From assembly GCA_028534125.1 (NCBI GenBank), contig CM052816.1, forward strand, positions 7,626,001 to 7,690,000: DNA of 64,000 bases. Reading direction: 5' to 3'. Both the position numbers and the translations under genes were made by a program. Source of the stretch: Lama glama (lineage: Eukaryota). Below are positions 11,649 to 24,600 of this stretch, one piece after another. The number at the start of each line of letters is the position of its first letter. Within the stretch, counting starts at the first letter, position 1. A model generated the notes under the pieces. The model was not told where the DNA came from, did no database searches, and worked only from the letters and a program-made list of their open reading frames with translations.

Positions 11649-14600
11649 GTAGCACGTATGCTTTAAAGTCCGGCACACCTGGGTGGGTGCTGTGTCTGCT
11701 CCCTCATCTGTAAGATTCTGTGACGTAGGTGCTACTAACAGAGTGGTACGAATTAATGAGACAGTGCGTGTCAAGCACTCAGCACAGGGGTAAGCAATGA
11801 GTAAAAGCTGCTGCATATCATTAAGGTTAATGATGCTAATCATGAGGGTACTGAAGGGATTTCAGTAGATGATGGGGATGGTCTGATGTTCCATGCTTTG
11901 GAACAGCTTGCCTTTAACCCTCTGCCACCTCTGGACCAGGCTGTGCCTTCTCTGGACGGGTCATCCTTTACTTTGTCTTAGATGTCGTCTTGTCCCTAAT
12001 TGGAATAATGAAAAGTGTGCATGTGGGTGGGCTGCAGAGGAATCTGGCCCAGATTTCATCAACAGCACCCAGCACCCCAGCAGGTGATCATCCAGCCCCT
12101 GCTTGACCCCCGCCCCAGGGTAGGGAGTGCGCGCCCTTGTAGGCAGCCCGTTCCAGTGTTCTTACAGGTGGCTTGCTCATGTGGGCCCTCCTCCTTCCTC
12201 ACCCCCTCTTTTTTCCCCCTCAGTGCTCACCAGCCCACTTGGAGGGAGGGGTGGGGAGGACAGTAGGAGGTGTGGAAGAAGAGCTCACAGCTGGCCCCCA
12301 GAGGACCGAATTTGCCTCCCCTCTGTGTCACTACAGTCCCTGCAGCCTTGGGCAGGCCCTCTTTGCTGGCTTTGGTGTCCCAGCTGCAAAACGAAGGGGT
12401 TGCACTGGCTGGTGTCTTAGGGTATCCTCTTCCAGCCCTGATTGGGTGTCCTCTTCCAGCCCAGTGATTGGGCTGCCCTCTCTCCGGCTCCAGCAGTTTC
12501 TGAGTTCTTCCCGCTGGGCCAAGCCTTTCTGTGCCCACCCTCCCAGCTTCTTGCTGCAGCACCCCCGCTCCCCGCACCGGCCTGTCCCTCCTTTTCCTGT
12601 TCCTCTTTGGAGAGAGGGTATCTGGGACCCCCGGAGAGTTGCCAGAAGGAAGGCACAGGGAAGCAGGGAGAAGCACCCTGTCTCCTGTGGGGAGCAGAGC
12701 CCCCGACCTGCAGAGACAAACCTTGGCAGGCACTGCAGCCTGGCCACTTGCAGGAAGTTCTGGATGTATTTCCCCCATGACTGGCGTGGGACAGTCACGC
12801 TTCCGATAGGAACATAGGAACGGATGACTGGGCTGAGGAGCAGCTGTCTGTCTGTCTGAGGGCCGTCCCCAGGCGGGGCTGAACTCTTCTCTCCCCAAGG
12901 ACCTCACCCAGAGGCTGTTCGCTGTGTCGTGAGCACCTGCGGCGTGGACAGACCAGGCGGCCCAGACAGATGTGTGTGTGGGGGAAGGGCGGGGGGAGCT
13001 GTGGGAGTCATGCCACCAGAGTCATGCTCAGAGGCCAGAGCTGGTATTTTTAGGGTGGGCGTAGGGGGGTGACCCATGAGTCAGGGGCCCTTGGTTTGAT
13101 CTCCACCCACACTGGAGCCTGCTCACACCGCTCTCGGCTGGCCGGAGACCACGGTCTGCGCCTTTGTCACAGCCAGCCTCGTCAGTGGTCTGAGGAACCC
13201 TGGTCCCCCCGCCCCTCCACTTTTGCCTCTGCAGGTGCTCCCCCCATCCCGACCTCTGCAAAGAGGAACGGGGGTCTGAGGACAGCAGCGTTGACTTTTA
13301 GAAAGTTTGAGGGACTCTTTCAGACATAGAAGGGAATGTGCAGACAGTTGGGCACCCACCCACCCTACTTAAGAAATAACGTATTTTCTATACACCTGCA
13401 ACTTCTCCCTGATCATCCCCACCCTTCCAGAGGGAACAAGCGTTCTGAGTTTATTCTCTTGTATCTCTCATTCGTTGTATTGTATGTATGCATCCCTAAG
13501 TAATATGCAGTATTGTTTCATATGTTTTAAAACGTTATTTAAATGCCATCATACTCTGTTCTACAACTTGCTTGTTTTGCTTAATATTTGTGAGATTCAT
13601 CCTCGTTTATATCTCTAGCTCTGGCTCATTTGTTTTTCACAGCTGTATAGTGTTCCCTGATGTGAAATGGCCCTGGTGGATTTATTCATTTTCCTCTTCA
13701 TTAGGGTGTTTCTAGCCTTTGCTGTTGAAACAAGACATCTTTGGCTTTTATTCCCTAGAATAAGGAACAAGATGCCCTTCTTCTCCACTTCAGCTCAGAG
13801 GAGATTTGGAACCTGCAGTGTTCTCTTGGAGCGGCTCAGCCCTTATTCCCCGCATTGTTCCTTATAGGGATTGACTTCCAGACCCCTCCCGACTCACCCC
13901 CCCAACCCTCCACCCCTACCCTATCTGTAGCTGGTCTTGAAACTGGACACCACACCCCAGGTGTGGTCTGTCTCACCCAGCAGAGGACCTTTCACCTCCA
14001 CCCTTTTAGGAATCATGTTTCTATTGATATAGCCTTGTGTACATTTGCTTTTCTTATGGTTAGGTTTCCCGTAGTAAAGAATGTCCTTTCTAGATGATGT
14101 CAGCAATCAGGCTTTTATGCCTGGCTGGCCGAGAACAAAGTTCTCTTGTAGAAAAGCATGTCTGAGGAGGTTTCAATTATCTCCAAGGCCAGAGGTAACT
14201 GATTCGGTAATCCCCTACTTAAGAAGCTAGGAATCTTTGTATCACTACACACAGGGGCTAGGCAAAGATGTGCACTGCCACATACTTTGTAACAGCAAAA
14301 AAAATGTCCTGAATGTTCATCAGGAGGGGACTAGTTTCATAAACTATGGGACCCCAGATGATGGAGTAAGGGCCAGTGGGAGCAGAACTGGGAGTAGCCA
14401 AGCGACAGTCAATGCTGGCTGCCTAGCAAGACTCCTTGAGGAGGAAGTTGGTCTGGGTCACCAAAGGTGGTCAGCTGGAGTCCCTTGACTCTCCGGGGAC
14501 TGGATAAGCACAGGACTGAATTTCCCGAGATTCTAAGCCCTGGTGACTTCAGACAGTCAGGGACAGACTGGTACCTGACAGCATGCAAAGGTAGAGACAC

Positions 14601-15420
14601 ATAGAGGCAGGGGCTGGGAACCTGGGGGCTTGTTCCAGGTAGTGGGACAGTAGGACGAGTTTCCTCCCCCTGAGCCTCAGCTGAGTCCCTCTCAGGCAGT
14701 GAAGGCCACTGGAAAGGGCATCAGTGTTGGAGTCTCACAGATGGAGGCTGGATTCTTTGTTTTGCCACTAACCAGCTGTGTGTCCTTAGACCAGTGACTT
14801 AACCTCTCTGAGTCAGCTTCCTCATCTGAAAAGTAGAGAGTATGCTATACAGCTGAGAGAATTGGTTTCCTTGCTGGAAAACAGGGATAATAATTTTTAT
14901 CTCTGTGTGGTGAGAAGAAAATGAGGTAATAATGTGTGTAATGATACAGCTCAGTGCTTGGAATACGGTAGCATGTAACTGTTAGGCCCTCTCCCAGCTC
15001 TAGTTAGTTGGTCCTTGGTCTTCTTTTGCAGCGTTTCCAGCCAGCTGATGGTCCTGGTCCTCCCGACTATCCCTAGGCTGATGGTGTGGAGCCTGGGTCT
15101 TGGAGGCTAAGTGGAAGGAATGGGGCTCCCTCTGGGGGTGAATCAGTGGAGGGGAGGGGAGGAAGAAGGACACAGGAGATGCATGCTGTCTTTGAAGGAC
15201 ACAGTCCTCATGCTGAGCTGAAGCCTGGGTGCAGGCCAGGGAGGAGGAGGGGACCTGGGGAAAGACTGCAGACATCATCTAGGGGTTTCTGCTTACTCTT
15301 GGGGAGGTAATAGCGCTTATGGGAGGACCGCGTGGGCGTTAGGAGGGATTGGAGCTGGGGAGAGTAGCCTTTTCAAGGTCAGAGGGTTTTAGAAACTGTT
15401 GATAATAAATTGCAAGTTCT

Positions 15421-15592
15421 GGGGGGAGGGTATATATAGCTCAATTGGTAGATCTCATGCTTGTCATACAGGAGATCCCAGGTTCAATCCCCAGCACCTC
15501 CTCCAAATAGAAATAAATGAACAAACCCAATTACCACCCCTGCTTAAACAAACAAAAGAAGCCAAACATGTGCTTTGGTATGAAAAATAAAA
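15421..15592 (+). mobile_element. tRNA-derived SINE (camelid Vic-1-like) with target-site duplication
   Basis: GGGGGGAGGGTATATATAGCTCAATTGGTAGA (A box), GGTTCAATCCCC (B box), A-rich tail; TSD AATAAATTGCAAGTTCT (15404-15420) / AATAAATTACAAGTTCT (15593-15609). Confidence 0.85.
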
Positions 15593-18500
15593 AATAAATT
15601 ACAAGTTCTGGAATGTTCAAACTAGAAGGGGCCTTGAAGATTGTCCAGTCTACCCCCTTATGTTGTATTATTGCTATTGTTGCCAACCCCTCCTCTTAGA
15701 AAACTGAGGCCCAGCGGTGGAAGATGTTTGCCCTGGTGTACCTTGACTAGATCCCCGATTCCGGTTCCTCATATTACACCCCAGACATGCAGCCAGGACG
15801 GGCTCCCTGAGTACACACCCTCTAAAGTAGGTGCTGTGTCTTTGCTGACAGTCATCGAGAGGGCACCTTTGGTGGGTGGACCAGGAGCCACAGTTACCCT
15901 GATGGTGAAATGGGCGGGGAGGACTGGAGGTCATCACAAAGTGCAGATGTGGACAGATTTTTTTTACTTTAGTTTGCGAAGTGCTTTTGATGCCTCACTT
16001 CCAGTCGTCTCTCGGGGGAATTGCTGGATATTCCCATTTACAACTGAGAAAAATGAGACTCAGATGATTCTTAATCTCTCATGAGCGTGGGCTTCTCGTA
16101 GCTACAGCTTCACCAGCTGTGGTGTTGTCCCAGTGTCCCTTCTTAACGGTTGTTTGCAGATACCAGAAATTGAGTAGATGCCACAGCCAGTCAGCTGGGC
16201 ACAGTTACGGGGCTGTCTCAGCCTTTTAGTAAGAACCTACTACGTTCCGGGAACTTAGTGATGTACTATTATTATTATTGTTTACTATTATTATTGTTTT
16301 GGAAATTTTATTACAAAATGCGTACCTTTCTTTGTTAAATAGATCAAAAATCAAGAAGTAGAAAGTGAGGACTCCCAACTGTACATATATTGTTTCATTT
16401 CATGTCTTTAATCTGACATCCAGTGGATTCTATTATTATTCCTGTTTTGCAGATGAGGCAGCGGAGGCTCAGAAAAGGAGAGGGGCTGGGCCAGTGTCAT
16501 ATAGCCCGCGGGGGTGGGCAGAGCTGAGACCAGGGCGAGGCAGGCACCGGTGAGGCCCCAGGTGCAGCATGTGAGGCGGGCCCCCATCAGTGTGGCACCC
16601 TGTCTGCCTCACCTGCTTCACCCCGGATCCTTTTTTTCTTGACTGCAAGGCTGTATTATCTCCAGTGTGCTGGGTCCTCTGTCTTTCCTTGCTTTGCTGC
16701 TGGCTCCCAAGTCTTGGATCTCTGTCGATCCTTAGGCCAGCTTTAAAACATCACCCAGTTTCTCTCTAGTCCAGGCTCCTTCCTGTGCCCATGAGAGAAC
16801 TGAGGTGCAGGGAGTGGACAGCTTGTCCATGGCCATGAGAGTGGGCATCAGAGTAGATGCTCGGACCTCTGACTTTCTGTCCTGTGCCTTCTTCCCGGAG
16901 GCCCTGTCCCTTCACCACACTGCATTCCCCACCCGCCGGCGTCCCTGGCGGCCCCTGCCTCTGCCTGAAAAGGAGACCACTGGCCATCATGACCTCACAA
17001 CTCCCAGGATCAGAGATCTACTCGGGCTTTTCCGTCTGGGCCATGGAGAACATCACTCCCCAGAGTTGCAGGGTCTAGCTGACCCCAGGGTGCAGCCACT
17101 GCCCAGCAGCATTAGATCCAACGGATTAAGTTCCCAAGTAGGCCTGAGTTTCCTCATCTGTCCAACAGATATCAGCCCTGCCTTGCTCCCAAGGCTGTTG
17201 TGACAATCCGATGGGGAAACAATGCTTGGGAAATGCTAGGTATTTTGCAGATGTTCCTGGCCATGCAAATTTACATCATCTAGGGGACCCAAGAGCCCCC
17301 ACTCCTGGCACCAGAACATGGCTAATCGCAGGACAGTCTCAGATGGGCTGCATTTCAGCACAGAAGTTGAAATGTAAATATAATTCTGAATCTGGCCTTT
17401 TTCAACCTTCTTCTTCTTGGGGAGAGGCTGCAACTTGGGCCACGCTCCCAACACCCCCCCACCTCCTTAGCTGCTCGTCTGTCATCCTGTCTCACCACCT
17501 TCTTCTCCTCTTTCTGCTGGCGCCTCCTTCAATTTCAACAGCATCACCTCCATCCTTACTTAACGTTCTATGGTTGCTGCCTGCCCTGCCATCTGTCTGA
17601 TACCTTTTCTGCCCCCAAACTGGGCCTTTCTGGTTCCAGCAGGCATCCCCAGGCCTCTCAGGGTGTGCTGTGGGACCCCACCCCCACCCCCACGGAGCCA
17701 AGATCTTGTTTTGGAACAGGGTCTGAGCTGGTGGCCTCTTCCCCAGCGGTTGTTCTGTTTTTGGAAGGCAGGTTGGTGTCCACTGCTTGTAGGTCACCTG
17801 ATCTGCAGCTGCTGGAACCAGGCCCAGGTGGATGTGGAATTCAGGCCAGACTTGGCAGGAACATGGGTGGGACCTCTGCTTGTGGTGTGATCGCAGCACA
17901 GGAGCAGAAATGGGGGGTGAGGGCAGTGGCAACCTGGAGGGAGAGCTGGGACCTTCTGGTCCAACTCCATCCTACATTTTGTGTGACCTTGGTTTCCATG
18001 CTCTGGGCCCTGACCGCTGCCCTCAGACTGTGACGGAGAGTCAGATGAGCTCATGCCCCAGGACGCCCAGGCACTGAGCTCTGGTACTGCCCCGTGCGGG
18101 GGTGCGCTCAGCGCCTTCTTCCCCGCTCCACACCTACTTGCCATCTGTGACGTCTGTGACTTGGGGGAGACGTGCCATCAGCCCGGGAGGTAGGTCAGTG
18201 ATGCAGCCCCTCATTCAGAGAGCCTTGGGAGCGCTTGGTAATGGGGTTGGCCTCATTGCCCTTGGAGATTCCTATCCAGCTTTGTCATCCTGGGAACGAG
18301 AACCCTCTCCAGGAAAGGAACTGACGCTGACCATCTGGGCATGAGGTCAGCAGGACTTGGAAACTCCCTGTTCCTCTCTTTGTGTTTCTTTCCTCCGAAG
18401 TCCAGGCCTTCCCTTGGGTGGCTCCTCTCGTCTCCAGAGAGACTTTCTCATAGTAGACTGTTGGGTCTGGACTCCCTCTGCCTGCAGCCCGTTCTCTCTC

Positions 18501-19829
18501 CATGTCCTCAGGCTCTGCCTGCCGAGGCTGGAGTCGGGAGAATAGCCCTGCCTGTCCCTCCGCTGCTTCCTCTGAACCCTCTTCCCCGTTGGCTCCCCCG
18601 TGCTGAGCAAGAGCACGTGTGGTGTGGAGAACATGGAGATGGGGTTTCATTTCCTGTGTCCTGTATCCTGTATTCTGCTCTGTCGCTTGGGCTTACCTCC
18701 GGGCATCTCTGAGGGAGCATGGCGGTGCCAGCCCCGATTCTACACCATATGGCTATCAGGTGCCTCTGGTCAGCGGGTCTCAGTCAGGCATTAAGGATGT
18801 TTGCACTTGGCCTCTCAGGAGGCAGAGTCAGGGTCAAGGGCCCCTCTGGTTCTTTCAGCCTCTCTGCTCTGTTTGGAGGTTTATTGGGGCTTTATTCTGG
18901 ACCATGCCGAAGATACCCTGGTAGACCAGATGGACTCAGCCCCTGCTCTCATGGAGCTTCTAATCTACTGGGCAAGCAGATGTGGAGTAAAAACATACTC
19001 AAATCATCACATAGCGTCAACTGTGAGTTCTGTGTAGGGTGAGCAGGAACTTGGACACCTCCTGTCACTTTCCCCGGGAGTGGCTATAGCCCCTTCCAGC
19101 TCTCCATCTCCCAGTTTGTAAACTCCATTCAGCTCTCAGTCTTGGCTCACCCTCCAGGTGCCAGGCCTGTGTTGGCAGCAGAGGTGAGGAAAACACGCTC
19201 CCGCCTCCAGAAGTTCTCAAATGCGCCAGTGCTCGAACCAGTCATATCCACGCCTTACTGGGCGGTGAGTGCTTGCTGGAGAGGCACAGGAGGAGACGGG
19301 GAGCACAGAGGAAGGACCCCCCCCCGCCCACGTCTGCTAACATTTCGAGCTCCTTGCTATATGCCAGTCGTTGTGCCCAGTGCCCTACCCACACTATCTT
19401 TTATTTCAATTCCGTGAATACATCAGTGCTTTATTGCTCTGTAGTGTAAAGTTGACCTTTCAAGTTAAAAACAACCCTAAGCTGACTGGTGACTTTCGTG
19501 TTGAGAATGTGGGCGACTGTCCTTTGCCTCTGTGGGGCTCAGCAGGGCGTGGGTGCCTCTCGAACCATGTGTTTATCTTGTTTGTCAGTCTTTGAGGGAG
19601 AGGTCCCACTCATTAGAACTTTGTTTTCGTTTCTGGCCCGCGGCATCCCAGGGTAATGTAGACCCTCTAGACGAAATCTTTGTTGTCTCCTGTGCTACCG
19701 GGCAGGGGAATCAGCCCAGCGGGTGCCCGATACCTAGCGTCATGTTACCTTGCAAACAGGCTTGCACTTGCATTCTGCCTCTCTGGCCTGAGTCTTGTTG
19801 GGGAGCTGTGTGAGGAGAGCAGGGATTTA

Positions 19830-20050
19830 GCTCAGCCTCCTTAGTCAGGTGGAACTGGATTTGCATTTCGGCCCTTACTTGCTGGCTGTGTAATCCCGGC
19901 TGAGTTACTTAACCTCTCTGAGCCTCTCTTATAAAATGAAGATAATTTAGCACGTATCTGAGGGTTGTTGTGCAGCTTCACTGAGATAATGCAGCTGAAG
20001 CGTTTAATGCAGTGCCTGGTGAGTAGGTTAATGAATGGTGGTTGTTATTA
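19830..20050 (+). mobile_element. MIR SINE (representative; many others, e.g. ~5470, 6200, 14700, 35040, 43970, 47450, 50290, 55440)
   Basis: MIR core TGAGTTACTTAACCTCTCTGAGCCTC...AAAATGAAGATAAT...GGGTTGTTGTG. Confidence 0.65.
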
Positions 20051-21507
20051 TTGGTTCTTTTTCACACTTGCTTTCAGCAAGCACTGTATGGGTGATCAAA
20101 GGGCCTTTGAGAACTTGTAACTGAAATGGTGATCCTGGGAGGGAGGTTTCAGGGTTCCAAGTCCTTCCGAGGTCCCCAGTGGGGGCTTTTGGAGATCTTT
20201 GCTGGTTGATGAGCTCTTGGTAGGGCTGGGGGCTGAATCAGTTCTTCAGCCTCAGGGCCTTTGCACTTACTGTTCTCTCTGCCTGAAATATCTATTCCCC
20301 TAGATATCTGTGTGGCTAGTTCCTTCACCTCCTTCAGGTCTCTGTTAAAAATAACTCCTCTGTGAGGCCTTTCCTGACAGCTCCATTGAAAATTAAAGTC
20401 CCTGTCTCACATTTCCCTGCTTAATTTTTGTCCATAGATGTTTTCATCATCCCTAATACTGTGTTCATCTCTCTCTATCTACTTTATCTGCCTCCACTAC
20501 TAGAATGTAAGCTCCATGAGGGATTTTTGTCTATTTTGTTTGCTGATAATTTCCTAGCACCTAGACTAGTACCCAGCACAGAGTAGATACTCAGTAAATA
20601 ATTTTTGAATGAATGCAAGAAGGAAGTTTCTCTACTAAGTCACAGAACTGGGATTCTGAAACCACTTTGCAGTGCTGTTTCAAATGAAATAAAGTAGGGG
20701 AAATTGAACAGAGTAGTGCAGAGCACTTGCTGCATAAGTAGATGGTGGTTTGATGGAAAATCCATCTGTTCATTAGAACTGGAAGGGACAGACCATACAT
20801 GACACGAGACTGAAAGAGGAGGTTGACAGTGTCAATTCGTATATTAAATATTAGTCAGGGGGTTTTCTTCTTCGTCTTTCTTTTTTAAAAGATAACATAC
20901 ATATAAATGGAACTTTGGATTGGATTGACTTGCTTATCCCTCTGGGCACAAGTATTTCACTTTAAAGATCACTGATTTAGTGTAAGACTTTCATTTCCCC
21001 TCCTCAGAGAGGGGAGGGGACTGCCCGTGATCCCGCAGTGAGTTAATAGCTAGATCATGTATTCATTCGGTAAGTGTTTGTTGGGTATTCACGTCATAGC
21101 TGATACCGTGCTTGGCACTGGGGGTGCAGTGATGCAGGGTCCCACTCCTGGACCCGGTCAACAGGCCACGAGCTCAAGTTTTTTGACTCCAAGGCCAGGG
21201 CTCTCTTGTACTCCCCATGGCACCTCGCAGTTGGCTGCTGTTCCAAATGAACCGGCAATGCAGTGAGCTGCTGAAAGAAACTGATGTCATTCTTAGGTTG
21301 TGTTAATAAAGGCAGAGTGTCCAGATCAAAGGAGGTGACTGTCTTGCTCTCCTGTACCATGGCCAGACCAGCCCGAAGTGCTGTGTTCTCTTTTGGGTTA
21401 TGGGGCCTTGACTGACTAGGATGCCTCCGTGGCTTGGCCAGCCCCCTGACATACTGCTGTTGTCCTTACAGCCAGGCGGGCACCACGGCAGGGGCTGAGC
21501 CACCCTC

Positions 21508-21643
21508 ATGGAAGGGAGAGGACCATACCGGATCTACGACCCTGGGGGCGGCGTGCCTCTGGGAGAGGCATCCGCAGCTTTTGAGCGCCTAGTGGAGGAG
21601 AATTCCCGACTGAAGGAAAAAATGCAAGGGATAAAGATGTTAG
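21508..21643 (+). CDS. TNIP1: TNIP1 first coding exon (exon starts at 21472, ATG at 21508)
   Basis: MEGRGPYRIYDPGGGVPLGEASAAFERLVEENSRLKEKMQGIKML; acceptor tccttacAG ends 21471; donor TTAG|GTAAAG. Confidence 0.96.
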
Positions 21644-24600
21644 GTAAAGCACTCTGTGCTCTCCCTGCAAGCCTCTTCCCTGCAACCTGCTGTGCCAGCT
21701 GGCATGTGCTTCTGCCCGAGACATCCCTCTCCCTCCTGGTCCACAGCTGTGTCTTCATGCACTTCTGTACATGGTGGCTGCACCCCCAGCCCCAAGTCCC
21801 TAGCACCCCAGAACCATGATGACAGACTCAGAAAGCCTTGGGGGACTGAGAAGGAGGCATGGGGTGGGGGAGAGGGAGCTGAAAGGCCCAATTTGTGGGC
21901 ATGGAAGCAGAAATGGGGAGAGCTGGCATCACCAGGGCAACCCGAGAACGGTCCCCACGTGTTGGAGCAGGGAGCCGAGCTTGGCTTGAAGCAAGGTGGG
22001 AGGAGGCCCCTGGATTTCTCTGTTCCTGGCTTTTGCTCAGTCTGCCACCACTGCCTAGAACAAGCCCGCTGGCCTCCACATGACTTAACAGTCCCTGTCC
22101 ATCAGCCGCCAGCTCAGGTGCCCTCTCCTCCTCCAGGCGAGGCATTCACTGACTTCCTCGTCCAGAGGGGGTCTCTTTTTCCTCCATACTCCTTAAACTC
22201 TTCCTTTGCCTTGCTGCCATCTTCTCAGGGCTTATTCATCTTTGGGGGCGAGCACAGCTCCTAATTTTCCAAATGCTTTTTCCTTGCTTGGCGAGTCTCT
22301 GCTTAGAATGGCATACTGGGGAAGGAGGACTGGAGTTTCCCTGTCTCCACCTGTAAGAGAAGGAAAATTGAGGCCTGGAGGGGTGGTTGATGTTACAAGG
22401 GTCTCCTCCCTTCAGGCAGCCCCTGACTGTGGGCCGTAGGCTGTGGGGAGCCCCCCGGGGACCATGATGGTGGGCCTAAGAGAGCCCCTGGCTCTGTGGA
22501 GTCCTCAGCCAGATGTGGCGGGAGTGAGGAAGGAAGCAGGGGCCAGGGGCCAGGAGTTTGTTCTAGACTCCCCTCTGCTCCTTTTTCGTGATTGCGAGAC
22601 CCCTTCCTTCTCAGGCCAGTTTCGGGTTGTGGGCAAGAATGATGTGTGCCCCACTCAGCCCACAAGGCGATGGGGGAGTGAAGCCCAGGGCCTGGAGCAT
22701 CAGAAGCCAGGCAGAAGCAGGCTTAGGAGCCCAGGGCAGGAGAACCAGCATACTGAGCTGAATAATTCCTTTTGCTCCTCCCTTCCCCATTGTCCCCCCA
22801 GGGGAGCTTTTGGAAGAGTCCCAGATGGAAGCGTCCAGGCTGCGGCAGAAGGCAGAGGAGCTGGTCAAGGACAGTGAGCCGCTCCCACCGCCGTCTCCCT
22901 CTTTGGCCTCCTTCGACCACCTGGCCGAGCTCACAGGTACACAGAGAACCCAGGTTGTCCTCTGCCTTCCCTGATCTTCTACCTCTCTAATCCCTTAACC
23001 GTGGACTCTCTCCTTAGTCAGAAATCCACATCTCCTTCATTCATCCCTAGGCCGCAGGCCATCTTCCCAGTCATGTTTTGGCTAAACCATCCCCCAGAAA
23101 GTCAGATGTGCAAGGGACTTCAAAATAATCCTGTCCCAAAGTGGCTGGTGATTCAGCACCCCTGCGGCCCTGGCAGATGTTACAAATGGATCACCACACA
23201 CTGCACTCAGAATATGGACTCAGGATCTTTACCAGGACACTTATTCAGCAAATTTTTAATGAGCAGCTACTATGTGCCAGACATCATGCTCCAGGAAGCT
23301 ACTTTGGGTCGCTCGAGTTGGCATCTGAGTCAAAAGCTCTGTGGTCTGGCCCCCTCTTTCCATTTTATAGCTGGGGAGGCTGAGGCCCGTGGAAGAACTG
23401 GACTTGCCCATCAGCCTGCTGCAGTGTCTGTCAGATGTCAGGTTTCACGTACTACCTAGTAAAGGAAAGCGTTGACTGTGGCTAAGGGTTAAAGTCCTGT
23501 GTGTGGTCACCTGCATTCCTCTGGCATGTCTCCAAGTCCAGAGCAAGGTCTGGGACTCAGGAGGAGAAGGTTCCCACACATGGGGCTCACATGCCCCCTG
23601 CTGTACGGCTCTACCTTATGGTCTCAGCCCAGGCCGATGTGCCTGCCTTCTCTTTGGCTGCTGGTTACATTTGCTGAATGGACACATGGAGGAAAGCGAT
23701 GATCTCAGAGTCTGCTGGGCTGCCGGCGGTGGGCATTTCCAGCCTCCACTTGTCCATTGAGCAATGTCTCCTGAGTCCCGGGTGAGTACTGGGCCCATCC
23801 CCAGAGGGAGATGTGCAACTACCCTCAAGGGGCTCCCTGTGGCAAGAACTGCAGGAGGTCAGGGAGGGAGAGCCAAGTTCAAGTTCTGGTTCTTCATTTG
23901 CTGGCTGTGTGACCATGGGCAGGTTGTGACCTTTGTATGTCTCAGTTTCCTTACCTGAAAATGGAGTACAAAGCTGTCCTGTGAGTTGGCTGAGATGATA
24001 AATATAAAAACATTTCATTAATTGTAAATTGTCATACTTGTCACATTGAGGCAGGTCCAGGGTAGCAAGGAGCAGTGACCACCTTGGGATTTCCCCAGCA
24101 AGTCCAGGGAAGATGGACTCTCTCTGCCCATGTTCTGCCCCATCATTCCTGAGCCAGTTGTTTTCCCAGGCCCCCTGGCCATGCTGGGACCCCCTCCCAG
24201 TTTCCTGGACTCTGAAGAACTCCTCTGGCCAAGGCTATCCTTAAGAAGGTGGCATCTGGGCTTTTCTCTTTTCCCTGCTGCTTATCCACGTTTTCTCAAT
24301 TCTCCAGGAAAGGATGCAGATGTCCCAGCACCTCCCGCTGACCCTGCACGCCCCTGCGACAAGCCAGAGCCAATCCCCAAACCTCCATCCAGTGTAAGTT
24401 GTATTTGGAGTCATGGCTGAAAGTCGCCTGGATTTCAAGGTCCCATGGGCAGGAACATGATGAGAGAGGGCTGGGGTCAGGAAACCTAGCTTCTTACTTG
24501 CTGGGTGATATTGGCAAGTCGATCTCAGTCTGTCTGGGGCCTCGGGTTCCCCATTTTCAAGTGAAGGTTGAAGTTGAATCTTACCAGGAGGACCCTGATA

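Noticed and set aside
15421-15500. tRNA-like sequences (also 44768 and 62180-62256)
   Set aside because: Degenerate cloverleaf, A-rich tails and TSDs identify them as SINE heads, not tRNA genes
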